Made by a program: the position numbers and the translations under genes. A stretch of 64,000 nucleotides of DNA, taken from assembly GCA_009602735.1 (NCBI GenBank), contig WELA01001729.1:62001-126000 (forward strand), written 5' to 3'. A model generated the notes under the pieces. The model was given only the letters and a program-made list of their open reading frames with translations, searched no databases and was not told the DNA's origin. Position 1 is the stretch's first letter. Each line of letters opens with the position of its first letter. This DNA is from Mesotaenium endlicherianum. Lineage: Eukaryota. Below, one piece after another: positions 1-13,257 of this stretch.

Positions 1-2355
1 CCAGCATCTGGCTCCAGCGGTTCTCCCTCCTCGACAGCTTGGACTTCTTCTGAAAGTGGGTCAGAGCTAGACGATCTGTAATCAACTTAAAAGCTTTACC
101 ATGTAAGAATGCTCTCCANGGCTTTACCATGTAAGAATGCTCTTCACTGTTTGAGCACATGAATGATAGCTAGCAGCTCTCTATCATGCACTGAGTAATT
201 AATGGGTGCTGGAATAGATTTCATATCTCTGTACAACACAGGTTGCCATTCCTGCCTTACCTTACCATCCTTTGTGGTTTTGTCCGCAGGCTGCAACAAA
301 ATAGCACCCATGGCAAAGTCAGAGGCATCAGTGACCACCTGCACCGGTTTTCTGGAGTCATACACGGCTAGCACTGGGGCAGAACAAAGGGCATCTTTAA
401 GGGTCTGGAAGGCAGCCTGCTGCTCTTCCCCCCACGCATACCCTATATCTTTCTTAGTAAGGTCAGTCAGTTTACTGGCCTTTGTGGAGTAATTCACAAT
501 AATTTTCCTATAGTAGTTAGCACCAGACAGGGTATCAAGCTAGTCCTCGATTCTGGGTAAAGCATACTTGTTCTTTACCGTAATTCAGTTCAGGGCTCTG
601 TAATCCACACACATCCGCATACTGCCATCCTTTTTCTTAACAAATAGGATGGGTGCGCCGTAAGGTGATTTACTGTTGGATATATAACCATTTTCCTCAA
701 GCTCTGCAATCTGTGTTTTCAACTCCTCGCTCTCCACATTAGACAAGCCATAAGTGCGTTACCAAGGTGGCTGATTACCCGGTAATCAATCAATCCGATG
801 ATCTACTTCCCTCTTAGGGGGTAGTCCTGGAGGCATATTAAATACATCCGTGCACTAAGCAACAATTTTTGCAGCAGTAGGGTGCTCCGGAGTGCTTACC
901 TTTTTCTCCACCACTTCTTCAGGTTGAGGAGGTACCTCTCTTAGCAGCAGACAGAACATTCTATCTTCCTTCTAGTTCCAGCTGTCGATGAACTCCATTG
1001 CATTCAGCAATTTGCATCCTCCTGGAAGCCTCTCCTTTTCCTTCATTTGCCATCCGTACAGGACAAGAGGAAGAGCACTGGTGGGTGTCAAGTTAGTCTG
1101 TCCATCACTGGCTCCTCTCACTTTAACAATACCTCTACTCCAACACACTTCAGCTTGATGTATGTTAAGCCAGGACCTGCCTAGCACAAAATCATAAAAG
1201 CCAGTGTTGAGTACCTCAAATGTATGCGTTACAGTTAGAATTGCAATGCCAGAACCTAACTGGACCTCAATAGGCTTGGTTATAACTCCTCCCGGGATAC
1301 TTGAGGCATCTGCAAGGAATATTTTTCTATTCCCTTGGGTGATAGTTTGCAGCCTTAGCCGCTTAACTAAGTCCTTGTGTTAAGAAGTATGTGACGCCCC
1401 TCCGTCAACAAATGCCCTCACCTTCCTACCTGCAATCATGCAATGCAGTAGGATAGGGGAGACTGTCTTTTCTTGACTTTCGCATTGTTCTCCTGACTTG
1501 GCAAGGAAATGTTGGACATCAGGTGGGACACGATCATTCAGTGTGTGCTTTCTCTGGGGATCTGTATTGCTGATGGTCTCACTTATCTGTTTTCCAGGCA
1601 TGCATTGTGAATCCAGTTCAACAAGACCCATAATACCTGCTACAAGGGCAGCTAGTGACAACTTACTATCTCTAGCCTCCTCACAATCAGTAGACTGGAT
1701 TACTGACTGTTAATGTCTTTCAAAGGCTGGTCCTTTCTCTCGACCTTTGGAAGGTGCTTGACTGGACACTGCTCTCTGTAGTGACCCAGCTGCTGGCAAT
1801 GGAAGCAAATCGATTTTGCTGAGGCTGGTCTTGGCTTAATCCTACCTTTACCTCTTCCATAGCCACCTCGAGAGTAACCACCTCTCCCTGTAGACAGCAT
1901 AGCATTATGCTCATACTCATACTCATTACCCTGATTGTCCTCAGCTTGGTCTCCTGCAATTGCATTGTAGGAACCGTGTGGCTTTTTGACAATCTTAGGC
2001 ACCAAAGCAATACTCTGGCGCTTGTGATTGAACTGCTGCTGATCCCAGGCGTCAGCATCGTGGATCAAGTCAGCTAGTTTCTCATTTTTCGTTTCAGCAA
2101 AATGACCTGAGACTTAGGATTTCAAGCCATACTTGAAGTATGATATCCTATATCGCTCTGGCAACTCTGGCTGCTTCATCATGTTGTCTTGGAACTTTTT
2201 GAGCAAACTCAGCAACTGAAGTGATCTGCATCAATGTCAGGGAGATCATTGCATAGATAGCTTTCTCCTGCTAATTGATAACATCAAACTTCTCATGTAA
2301 CTTCTCGACAAACTCTACCCAAGTAGGGTCACCGAGTTGTTGAGCCATTCGCTCT
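1..2355 (-). pseudogene. Family A gag(3' half)-pol remnant with stops and internal deletions (part of RT removed near 525)
   Basis: ORF fragments 144-497 (RNase [11 protein letters not shown]), 972-1187, 1380-1661 (FVDGGAS protease) and 1700-2068 (CCHC knuckle) match the intact copy at 50062-55325; runs off the window start. Confidence 0.9.
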
Positions 2356-3753
2356 GGCTTCTGGGAGGCCTCTGGCTATTTCTCTAGCAGCCGTCCTGTC
2401 TGCCCTGTCTGACTGGGTCTCCGTGCCTGGAGATGGGTTCTGTCATTTGGCAGTTCCCAGCCAAGTGATATCCTCCTCCTCAACGAGTTGCTGTAGGGCC
2501 AACCCCGTCTTCTCCCTTACAAGGGATGTGGCAGGAGTCAGGATCACGGGAGGGCTAGTGTCCTCCTCGTTGCCTTCCTCCTCGTCTTCCTCTGACTCCT
2601 CCTCCTTTCCGTCCCCGGGTTCCTCTGAGACTTCTGGGGTCTCTTCTGTCAGCTGCTCCAATTCTTCCCGAGAAAAAGAATATCCCACTGACCTTCCCCT
2701 TTTTGGTGCTGGTGGGGGCTGCTGAGTCCGGACCGCATACAGGTCCTTTTCCCCCTGCTTGCTTGCCCATTTGGCATAAGCGTGCTTCCCTTTTGAGAAT
2801 GACTCTCGGGCCCTGCTTCTGTCCCCCTGCATTTTTTGGCTCATGCAGTCTCCGACTCCATCCAATCTTGGGTCCCAAGCCGCAATGTGAGGGTGCAATA
2901 CTATGTTCCCCTTTAGGTCTGTCATGAAATCCTCATCCGTCGCCCTGTCATTCTGCTGGTTCCTCATGTTGATGGTCATCCACCGCCAATCGGTGGGCTT
3001 CTGGAAGAAGGCAGGGTATGTCCTTTTCAGAATACAAGGGTACCAGTGCCCTGCAAAGTCTAGCTGACTAGTTTCCCTGGCCAAGAATTCCCAGCTCCTT
3101 CTCTCCACCTCATTATACATGGCCTTAAACCTGTTATGGGATGTAGAGTCCTTAAAGCTGTCCGCGTCCATGGGGATCATCCTGATGACCCTATCTTTCC
3201 CCCAGATACCCGGAATCGATACAGCTCCTTCCTCATTCACTTGCGCCATTGCCTTGGCCTCTCTGATCGTATATCCAACCATCCTGGCATAATCGTGGTA
3301 GAGGAGGACGCCTGTGCTGACCTTTGTATACTTGTCAAAATATTTGGATGTCTCCCCTTCCCTCTGCAGGATGTCCTTCTGCGACTCACTGCGACTGCTG
3401 TGGGCATACTTGAAGGCCTCCTCCAGTAGATCAAAGCCCTTGCCCAGCACTGTGTAGCGGTAGCTGGTGATTCTCCTCTGTTCTTCATTAGCCTGCTGCT
3501 TCCGCCTCTCCTCAGCTTGCCTCTCCTCCTCTGCCTTCTTGACTTCCAGTGCAGCTTATCTGTCCAGCTCTTCCTGCCTCAACCTGGCCTGTTCCTCCTC
3601 CTCCTTCTTCTTCTGTGCCTCGCGCTGTTGTTGGAGTCGTTGTGATTCCCGAGCGGAGATGGAGGATGACTCGATGTCTCCACGGAATTGCGAGTATTCT
3701 GCATGTGCCTCTTCCGCCCTTCTCTTCCTCTTGAGTTCCGACTTTTGAGTCAT
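2356..3753 (-). pseudogene. ORF3 type II (accessory ORF of unknown function), interrupted and 3'-truncated
   Basis: ORFs 3556-3762 and 2443-3450; shares motifs YNEVERRSWE, PTDWRWMT, WDPRL, FSKGKHA with the intact ORF at 35487-37163. Confidence 0.88.
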
Positions 3754-3754
3754 C

Positions 3755-3862
3755 CTGCTCAATCATAAACACAATGCAGTTAGTGAAGTCATGATATTTT
3801 GCTGCTACTGAGTGCCCTGTATGAAGAGGAACGCGATCGGGAGAGTTCCTAGTGTGAAATAC
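3755..3862 (-). other. Predicted 108 nt intron ending just upstream of the ORF3 type II ATG
   Basis: Minus strand reads CAAG|GTATTT ... CACTAAC ... GAGCAG|G ATG. Confidence 0.6.
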
Positions 3863-4101
3863 CTTGTCTGAGTGACTATAAGGGAAAATTGAGTTTGAGA
3901 GAAAGTGAGTGTGAGCGCAGGTTGAGTGTGTAATATGGTTGTCATAGATTTTCCGGCTGATCCCGATACAGAATACCACTCCCTCCAACCTAATTGTAAA
4001 GGTGGGCAACGTGTCACAGCTGTCACTAACTGTCACATCCCCCTCCAACTTATATGGAGACAGGACCTCCAGTCACCTTCCCATGTCTATTGAAGGGACA
4101 G

Positions 4102-6556
4102 TTAGGGCGGTGCCCCAGCCGCCCGAAGGTGGAACCGTTTCAACGCCCCTTTGGCATTGGTCAGCTAGTCTTTAATTTCCCAAGTGTCTCCAGAGGCATC
4201 GTAACCTTTGCATCGGATGAGGTACTTCATGACATATTTAGATGATCGACGGACCGAGCGAGCGTCTAAAATCTCATCGACCTCATATTACTCAGGGTCG
4301 CCGTCCCGGACAGCGGGGACCGGTCCCGGAAAGACAGGTAACCGACTTGTGAACAGTGTATCAACTTTGATGTATGGTTCCAGGAAGGAGACATTAAAGA
4401 CCGGGTTACCCTTGTAGTCCGCTGACATGTTCAGTTTGTAAGCATTCTGACCGACACGACGCACTACCAAATATGGACCGAACCAGACAGGGCCAAGCTT
4501 TTTCTTGACCACACCAGGGAGGTACAGGTGCTGAGAATGCAGTTTGACTAAATCGCTCTTAGAAAATGTCAGCTCCCGACGGTGTTGATTAGCGTATTTT
4601 TGGTGATTTTCTTGGGCTTTGTGCAGGTTTTGTTGGACTTCTGACAGGGTGTCAGCAAACTCCAGATTTAACTGGAGGGAGACCAGATTGTCAATCCCTT
4701 CAGGGTTACTTAAAGACTCCTTCAGTACATCTAAAGGAGACTTAGGGACTCTACCCAGGCTGAGTTCAAAAGGAGTCTTGCCCGTTGACGCGTGCACCGC
4801 ACTGTTGACCGCAAACTGAATTTGAGGCAACAGGTCATCCCAATTATCTTGTTTATGGTTAATATATGCTCTCAGCACCTCCTGCAGAACTTGGTTAGTT
4901 TTTTCATTTTGCCCATCAGTCCGAGGGGTGTTTTCTGTGCTGAGCAGCTCTTTGAATCCCATTAACCCCATTAAAGCTCTCCAGAAGTTAGAGGTAAATT
5001 TTGAGTCTCGGTCTGAAATGATATTAGGAAGTAGCCCATGTTGGCATACGATGTGGTTGTAGAATTGTCTCGCTGTTTCGAGTGCAATTACTTTGACAGT
5101 TGTGGGGATGAAAATGACCATTTTTGTCAGTTTATCCACGACTACCAGTATCGAATCATGCCCATTAGCAGTTCGTGGCAGTGTGACCACCCAGTCCATG
5201 GATATAGTTTCCCAGCGTCCTGCTGGGATGGGCAGCGGTTGCAAGAGACCTCCCGGTGGTGTGTGCCTAGATTTATTTCTTTGACACTAATCACAAGATT
5301 TCACATATTTCAAGACCTCTCGGGGCAACCCCTCCCAATGATAATGTTTTGCCAGTTTGCCAACAGTTTTGGCCTGCCCCAAATGCCCACCCAGTAAACT
5401 GTCATGTGCTTGACTCAATAAAAGAGACTTTATTTCCAAGTTATTAGGAATGACCAACTTCAGCCTGCCTGAAGTGGTTTCAGTCACCCAGACCCCTCCC
5501 TTAAGTTTATACCCGAGTGCAGTAGCACGACACACACCAGTAGTGGGGCTGGGCTCAAATGTTGGGTCAGAAAGGTAGGCTTTCCTAAGTTGTTCAAGGA
5601 AGGACTTTTTCACCTTTAGTGAAGTGAGTGGACACAGGACTTTATCTACAGCCTGCTGACTAAAGTTTCTTCCTTGCAAGTCAGGTCTTCTAGAGAGTGC
5701 ATCAGCAAGATTGAACTTCTCACGTTTGTAGTCGATCTGGACTTGGAATTGCTCCAGCATCTGGCTCCAGCGGTTCTCCCTCCTCGACAGCTTGGACTTC
5801 TTCTGAAAGTGAGTCAGAGTTAGATGATCTGTAATCACCTTAAAGGCTTTACCATGTAAGTATGCTCTTCACTGTTTGAGCACATGAATGATAGCTAGCA
5901 GCTCTTTATCATGCACTGAGTAATTAATCGCTGCTGGAATAAATTTCATATACTCGTACAACACATGTTGCCATTCCTGCCTCAGCTTGATGTATGTTAA
6001 GCCAGGACCTACCTAGCATGAGATCATCAAAGCCAGTGTTGAGTACCTCAAATGTATGCGTTTCAGTTAGAACTGCAATGCCAGGACCTAACTGGACCTC
6101 AATAGGCTTGGTTATAACTCCTCCCGGGATACTTGAGGCATCTCCAAGGAATATTTTTCTTATCCCTTGGGTGACTGTAGGCAGCCTTATCCGCTTAACT
6201 AAGTCCTTGTGTTAAAAAGTATGTGACGCCCCTCCGTCAACAAATGCCCTCACCTTCCTACCTGCAATCATGCAATGCAGTAGGATAGGGGGGACTGTCT
6301 TTTCTTGACTTTCGCATTGTTCTCCTGACTTAGCAAAGAAATGTTGGACATCAGGTGGAACAAGAACATCCAGAGTGTGCACTCTCTGGATGTCTATATT
6401 GCTGATGGTCTCCTTTATCTGGTTGTTAGGCATGCATAGTGAATCCAGTTCAGCAGGACCCATAATACCTGCTACGAGGGTAGCTAATGACGACTCACTA
6501 TCTCTAGCATCCTCACAATCAGTAGGCTGGATTACTGACTGTTGCTGTCTTTTAAA
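4102..6556 (-). pseudogene. pol: pol remnant of A0 (PR, RNase H end, integrase, chromodomain; RT deleted)
   Basis: ORFs 6212-6640, 5287-5838, 4288-5244; protease sequence joined directly to RNase H at ~5982. Confidence 0.9.
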
Positions 6557-8008
6557 GGCTGGTCTTTTCTCTTGACTTTTGGGAGGTGCTTGTGTGGACA
6601 CTGCTCTCTGAAGTGACCTGGCTGCTGGCAACGGAAGCAAATCGATTCTGCTGAGGCTGGTCTCGGCTTAGTCCTACCACCACCTCTTCCATAGCCGCCT
6701 CGAGGGAAACCACCTCTACCTCTAGACTGTATGGCATTATACTCATACACATATCCATCACCTTGATCGTCCTCAGCCTCGTCTCCTTCAAATACATTGT
6801 AGGATTCGTGGGGCTTTTTGACAATCTTAGACACCAAAGCATTACTCTGGCGCTTGTGATTGAACTGCTGCTGATCCCAGGCATCAGCATCCTGGATCAA
6901 GTCAGCCAGTTTCTCATATTTCTTCTCAGCGAAATGACCAGAGACTTCGGAGTTCAAGCCATACATGAAGTATGCTATCCTATACCGTTCTGGCAAGTCA
7001 GGCTGCTTCATCATGATCTCTTGGAACTTTTGAGCAAACTCAGCAACTGAAGTGGTCTGTTTCAGTGTCAAGGAGATCATTGCATAGATAGCTTTCTCCT
7101 GCTGGTTGATGACATCAAACTTCTCACAACTTCTCGACAAACTTTACCCACGTAGGGTCACCGATCTGCCGAGCCTTACGCTCTTCTTTCCAGTAAAGCC
7201 ACCAGTCTGCGGCACTGCCTTTCAGTAGCGCTCCGGTGTGCCTGACCTTCTCGTAATCTTGCAGTTTTGGGTAGTTTTCCAGCCACTGCTCAACATCCGC
7301 GAGAAACTTGATCAGGTAATATTTTCTGTTTCCCTCAGGATAATATTGCTGGGGAGGTTTTGGCTTGGGCTCACTAGGCCCTCGGCCACCACCACTAGTG
7401 GTTTGAGACCGGAGTTGATCTCTGTCCCGCAGTAGAGACATAATGATTCTTTTGTCCTCCTGTTGGGACTGATACATGCTCGCCATTTGTGACTGCATTT
7501 GAACGAACAATGCTACCAAGTCTACACTTTGGGGTGGTAGTCTAGCAAATGCAGCAGCAGCGTTGGCATCTACTCGCTGAGTAGTGTTCTCAACAGTCTC
7601 TCTCGCTCCTGCAGCAGCAATTCCTGCCGCATTCAGCCGGTCACGTATTTGACCTAGGGGTACATTGAGTTGTACAGCAGGAGGGGGGTTCAGAACATTG
7701 GCCCTTGATGCCATAAGTTGTTTAACAGTGCGCTCGTCAGCTGGCTGTCCTTCCCCCCTTTATGTATCTTCAGCGGCCTTTGCTAATTGTTCAGCTTCTA
7801 ATCTGGCTCTCTCCTCCTCAGCTTGCTGTGCTGCAACTGCGGCAATAGCAGCTGCCTCATCTGCAGCCCCTCTAGCTGCAGTATCTGCCACTGCTTCAGA
7901 ATAGGTACGGGTTCCCGCTACATGGCTTTCCGCCTGGTTTTTGACATTCTCGTTGTCCTGGTTCTCCATGTCTCGGGAGTTACTAGTTTGAGACCTTGTC
8001 GTTACCAT
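6532..8008 (-). pseudogene. gag: gag of A0 (frameshifted)
   Basis: ORFs 7760-8008, 7124-7714, 6532-7140 are colinear with the intact 492 aa Gag; RGG tract and CCHC knuckle. Confidence 0.92.
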
Positions 8009-8029
8009 ACAAAGAAGACTGTGATAACT

Positions 8030-8041
8030 GCTCCGATACCA
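8030..8041 (-). promoter_or_regulatory. Primer binding site (tRNA-iMet type)
   Basis: TGGTATCGGAGC on the minus strand, 1 nt from the LTR end. Confidence 0.9.
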
Positions 8042-8042
8042 C

Positions 8043-8761
8043 TGAAATGAATCGACTTACCAAATAGGCGATTAATAATTAATGAAGATCTTTATATCAA
8101 CAAGTAATCTTTATGGATTTTCCATTAACTAATTAAACGGCAAAAGGACAACACACTAGCAGGGAACAACACTCGTAAATCAAATGCAAGTAAACTAGCA
8201 TTAATAATGCACTCAGTAAACTCATACATAAGCAAGGTTAGAAGACAGTGCGTATCAATGGCTTCTCGCTTTGGATTCAGATCTCTCTCAGTAAGCTGTT
8301 CAAGAGAGTTGGCCTCGTTTCCGAATGCCGAACTCGAGAGCAATGCCTAGCATATGTACATGGAAGGAGTTTATTGTTCAACGGCCAGTGCGATGGCACC
8401 GCCTACCCGGGAGTTCACCACGTTGGTAGGACCTCGGTTAACCAAATCCACCCCCATCTCTTATCATCCCAAATCGCCATCCATCATAGGGATGTCATCT
8501 GGCCATTCATCTAGCATACCACACTTAGATGCATATCGAGGCAGTTCGCTGCTACCGAGTACGGAAGTCAGCTGGCTGTCAAAGAATGTGTCAGCAAGCT
8601 AACTTAAGCTGACTTCATCTTGCTGCTTTCGGCTAAGTCATTAATTGATATTAAATATAAAGTCCAGCAGACTGATTATTAACCAGAGTTCAGCAGGCTG
8701 AACTTGTTTAACTGTTATATTTAAATGAATATTATATCAACCAAGATACTGATTCCTTATA
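8043..8761 (-). repeat. Family A 5' LTR of A0, inserted into a family D LTR
   Basis: Homologous to 29179-29928; right flank continues as D LTR sequence also seen at ~12743 onward. Confidence 0.9.
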
Positions 8762-11700
8762 TCCTGGAAGTAGGACATTGAAACATGAGGGTTCCAGAAA
8801 GTACGTACAATTACGTAGAGTGCCAAAGTAATCGTGGAATTTCTAGAAACTCCGTGAGGAGTTAGTGGATTGTGTAGTAGAATATTCTAGAGTGTGATTG
8901 TGTGCATGTGAGTGTGCTAGCTTGTCCAACTAGGCAAGGTCACCTACATGGAAGGAGCCATAGGAGAAGGCTCTGGAGGTACTTTGCTAGAGAGGACACT
9001 TAGAGTTAAAGGATAAATGGAAAGCATAAAAAGAAGGAGCCTAGTCTTGTCTAGGGTAGTCTAGTCTAACCTTCTTATGTTGTACACGACTTTTTTTAAT
9101 AAAGTGAGTTCTTTTCCACTCCTCTCTCATGTAGCCCTCTAACTCTTGCAAGGGTGGCATACCACCAGGCCACTCCACCTTGTGTATGCAACTAGGAATG
9201 GTCCTCGTGCACGCTTCCACTCGCGGGTGAGGGTGCGTGAGTGTGTATGGGCGCACTCTCCGCACCCTTCCCCCTTTCACATGGTATCGGAGCTACCTAG
9301 TTGCTTCATTTGGAGGAGGGAGCTTTGGTTGGTGATGCTTGTAGGAGAGTGGAGAGCGTAGAGAGGAGAAGCAAGGATGATTTATAAGTTGCTAAGGGCA
9401 GCCATGAAGACGTTGATGCAAGCTAGCATCTCACTCTCTTGAAGGAGGGAGGAGATGGGAAGTGGGAGGTGCTCCAAGGAGTGTTAACTTGGATGCAACC
9501 AGATTTTAATACATCTTCCTTGTAGTATAAGAAGGTTGCCCAAGCATGGTAGTGATATAAGTAATATAGAGCAGCCTTTGCTTGAGTATGGAGACATATG
9601 AGCATGAAGAAAATATGGAGTTCACACGGCTAGATTTTTCCTTGAAGATGCAAGCTCTTTAGTGTAAAGCTCTTTCTATGATGAGGAGGCTTAGCATAAA
9701 GGTGATAGTGGCTAGAAAGGAGTGTGTGCCCATCTTTATTTCAGATCTTCAATGAAGGTGGAGCAGATTTTAAGGGTAGGCAACCGGGGACTTAGCAAGC
9801 ATGTGTACTTGCAAGTCTAGGAGCTTTGGCGAGCATAGCACTTGCAAGCTCAAGAGGTGCTCATGAGAAGCTCAAGAGAGGGTGCACCGGGGTGTTGCAC
9901 CAAGTTGGCCAAGTACGTGGCCAGATTTGGGTGGCCTTGCATCACTCCTATGTAGCCACTGGTTATTTGAGGCCAGCCATGATGGAGCTTGGTACCTTGT
10001 ATGGAGATTGAAGAAGCCTCAAGTGAAGAGAAGCATCGTGGAGAAGGCTTGGAGCAAGAAGAAGTATTCCAGATTTTTCTTTAAAGAGGAGAGATGGAGA
10101 TGGATCCTTTCAAATTCAGATTTCTCTTTTCTTATGGAGGAGAGTGCTACGAAGTATATGGAGTTGAGAACTATGATAAAGACGAGCCTATGGTGTGGAA
10201 GAAGAAGCAAGGTATGAAGTTGGTGCAAGAGGGCTAGTGCAAGAAATGTCTCCCACTTGAAGCGTGTGTGCCAATAGTTGTGTGATAGCATAGTTAAGGG
10301 GCAGATTTTGGTGCATCTATGGAAGCTCTTCATGTGAAAGTAGAGCACCAAGGCAAGCTGGGTTTAGTAGTAAGAAGTGTCATTGGGGTGACCAAGGCTA
10401 GAGTGCACTCAAGAAGCTAAGCATGTGGAAGGAGTTGCACAAAGAGAGTAGCCTATCCTCTAGTGCTTTAGTGCACGGGTCAAGTGAAGACCAAGGAGGA
10501 GTATGGTCAAGTGAGGATAGTGAAATAGGTGGAGGTAGATATGACCACAAGTAGCTATCTTCAGCCCGCTAGCAAAGAAGCGACGCGGGAAGGTGAAGGT
10601 GAAGGAGAAGCGCTTGTTTTGGTGACCTNATGACCTTGGCCTGGTCATCGCATGTAGCAAGCGTGCCTCCTAACAACCTTGGCGAGCGCGCATCGCTGGT
10701 GGAGCAAGTAGAGGTGTATGATCCCCTTGCTCATATATAGAGCAGACCCCAACTGCTCAAGTGGAGGAGCTCCTAGAAATTGAGCTCAAGAGGAGCCCGC
10801 TTGCAAGGCAAAGTGTGTGCGAGCACAAGATGAGGTGCAAGCACTAAGACTATATGCGTTTGCCCAAGTTATGGAGCTCATGGAGGCGTTCCAGATGTGT
10901 TTCTTGGAGCCTTGTGTGAAGGCTGACCTTCAAGAAGAGCCAGGAGTATGTGGGAGTGAGCATCTGGCTACGAAGAAGACTATGATAGTGTTTGGTGCAC
11001 CACGAGCGAGACTACGCGCTCATGCCTTGTGAAGATTACTATCGTCGCTTGATGGAGACTACGACTTTATGGATATGGACCTATGAGGAGGAGACCAAGT
11101 GTTATGGGGCTGATATCCTGCCTAAGATGGAGATATATGACAAAGACCTGGACATGAAGCTAGGAGAATCAGCGCCTATACAAGCAAGCACGAGAGAGGC
11201 GTAAAATCTGGACTTGGACACTCGAGTGGTAAGCGCCTTACCTTCATGATGAGGGGGAGGAGTGTTATAGTTGTTTAGAGTGCTTGTAAGCAAGGTCAAA
11301 CCAGTCCCATGAGTTCAGTTGTAACTAAGAGATGTGAAGTAAAAAGAAGTTTGAGAGCAAGAACTTGGAAGATACTCAAATGTGTCTATGTTTGAGGGTT
11401 TTACGGGTAGGCGAGCGCGAGGGTAAAAGTTGGCAGATTTTGGCTACTTTTTGCCTACTTAGGAGAGAGTGGATAATATTTTCACTAGAAGTCCTACATA
11501 ATGTGAGAGGTCTAGTATAAGGCCTGCCCTGAGTCATAGTCAAGTTTCAAAATCAGGGGTTTAAGCATGTGCCATTTGTAGGCGCGGGAGCTTGATAAAT
11601 GTTGCGAGCGTGTGCGTCCTACGAGCGTGAGGCACAAAATGACGATCTCGTTTGAGTGTTAGACTTTGATTCAGATTCTGAAATTTTGTGGAGAGGTAGT

Positions 11701-13120
11701 CCTATGGATTAAAATTCAGAAAAAGTAATTTTTCTTATAACAATATTAATTTATGTCCTGACAGTGCCACATGGCAGTCTGCTGGACTGCCGTGGGAGCC
11801 ACATGTGTGAGGCAAGGCGCAATCTGGTATCATGGTCTTAGGCTTGGAATCAGGAGAAACAAAGCTTACCAGTGAGTTTAAAGGGGAGATATTATGTATA
11901 TTACACAACTTTTAGGCTAAAAATGTCAGAAAAAGTCAGGGAGGTGCCACTTGGCGTCTTGAGAGGTCACCACGAGTCACGCACACAAGTGAGAGAGTGC
12001 AATACCTCTACAAGGAGTATGGCTTAGAGCTAGAGGTGACCAAGGGTACCGGAAGGTTCAAGAACATAGTGGAGTCAGGTTCATGATGTAATCTGGTCAA
12101 AATTATAAGAGCACCACGAGTAAGCCACATGGCGCGACGAGGAGTTGCCACTTGTCCAAGAGGGCGAAAAATGAGTATTTTGGCGATTTGGCGGACTATT
12201 ATGCCTTAGGTCCAGCTTTGGAGTATGTAGAGATGATGGAGGGAGTACGTTACAGCCCTTATGAAGATATTGGCCTATTCAAAGACGAAGGAGTTGAAGA
12301 GAAGATGCATTTGTGTTAGGAGACGCCATGTGTGGAGCCAATGTATGCGATGGAGCTTTTACTAAGTGGAGCAAGTTTGGAGTATTAAGTATCATCCTGT
12401 AGCCTGTTCAAGACCTGCAACTTGTATAATACATGTGAATATGTGTTTTTCTAGCGTATAAGTGAGCTCGACTCTTCATATGACATCACTTATGCTTAGT
12501 ATGCGCCGAGGACGTCGCATCTTGAGGAGGGAGATGATGTAAGGTTATGAACGTGTAGTTTGTTTCTTTCTAGTATTTTATGTGCATAGAGTGTGATTTT
12601 AGAAGAACTTTGGCCTTTATTTCACGTCATTTGGACAAGTATTGAGATAGTTATGAATTTTGGAAGTTTTTAGTGAGTTTTTAATGTCACAGATTCTATT
12701 TAGTGACAAGGACAGGTCCAGTGACGAAAATTTCGGTTGGAGTCCAGGAAGTAGGACATTGAAACATGAGGGTTCGAGAAAGTACGTACAATTACGTAGA
12801 GTGCCAAAGTGATCGTGGAATTTCTAGAAACTCCGCGAGGAGTTAGTGGTTTGTGTAGTAGAATTTTCTAGAGTGTGATTGTGTGCGTGTGAGTGTGCTA
12901 GCTTGTCCAACTAGGCAAGGTCACCTACACGGAAGGAGCCATAGGAGAAGGTTCTGGTGGTACTTTGCTATAGAGGACACTTACACTTGAGGGATAAATG
13001 GGAAGCATAAAAAGAAGGAGCCTAGTCTTGTCTCGGGGAGTCTAGTCTAACCTTCTTATCTTGTACACGACTTTTCTTAATAAAGTAATTTCTTTTCCAC
13101 TCCTCTCTCATGTAGCCCTC
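8762..13120 (+). mobile_element. Family D non-autonomous (LARD-like) LTR element: partial 5' LTR 8762-~9280, PBS 9282-9293, ~3.2 kb non-coding interior, PPT 12524-12537, 3' LTR from 12538
   Basis: Direct repeat 8762-9140 vs 12743-13120; TGGTATCGGAGC after ..CCCCTTTCA; GAGGAGGGAGATGA before TGTAAGG; no RT/IN-like ORF. Confidence 0.8.
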
Positions 13121-13257
13121 ATTAACAACTTCCAAAATTCATAACTATCTCAATACTTGTCCAAATGACGTGAAATAAAAGCCAAAGTTTTTCTAAAATT
13201 ACACTCTATGCACATAAAATTCTAGAAAGAAACAAACTACACTTTCGTAACCTTACA
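13121..13257 (-). repeat. Inverted copy of the 5' tip of the family D LTR
   Basis: Reverse complement of ~12538-12675, ending ..CCTTACA. Confidence 0.85.

Larger units (their letters stand above)
2356..8761 (-). mobile_element. Family A chromovirus copy A0: 5' LTR, PBS, gag, RT-deleted pol, ORF3 type II; 3' end lost
   Basis: LTR 8043-8761, PBS 8030-8041, gag, PR/RH/IN/chromodomain fragments; ORF3 C-terminus fused directly to the gag of another copy at ~2355. Confidence 0.9.

Noticed and set aside
92..145. Short tandem duplication around an N
   Set aside because: Overlap at a contig join (N at 119), most likely an assembly artefact
9826..11299. Small ORFs in the family D interior as real genes
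   Set aside because: Short, overlapping, no recognisable motifs apart from a doubtful Gag relic; consistent with decayed purine-biased sequence
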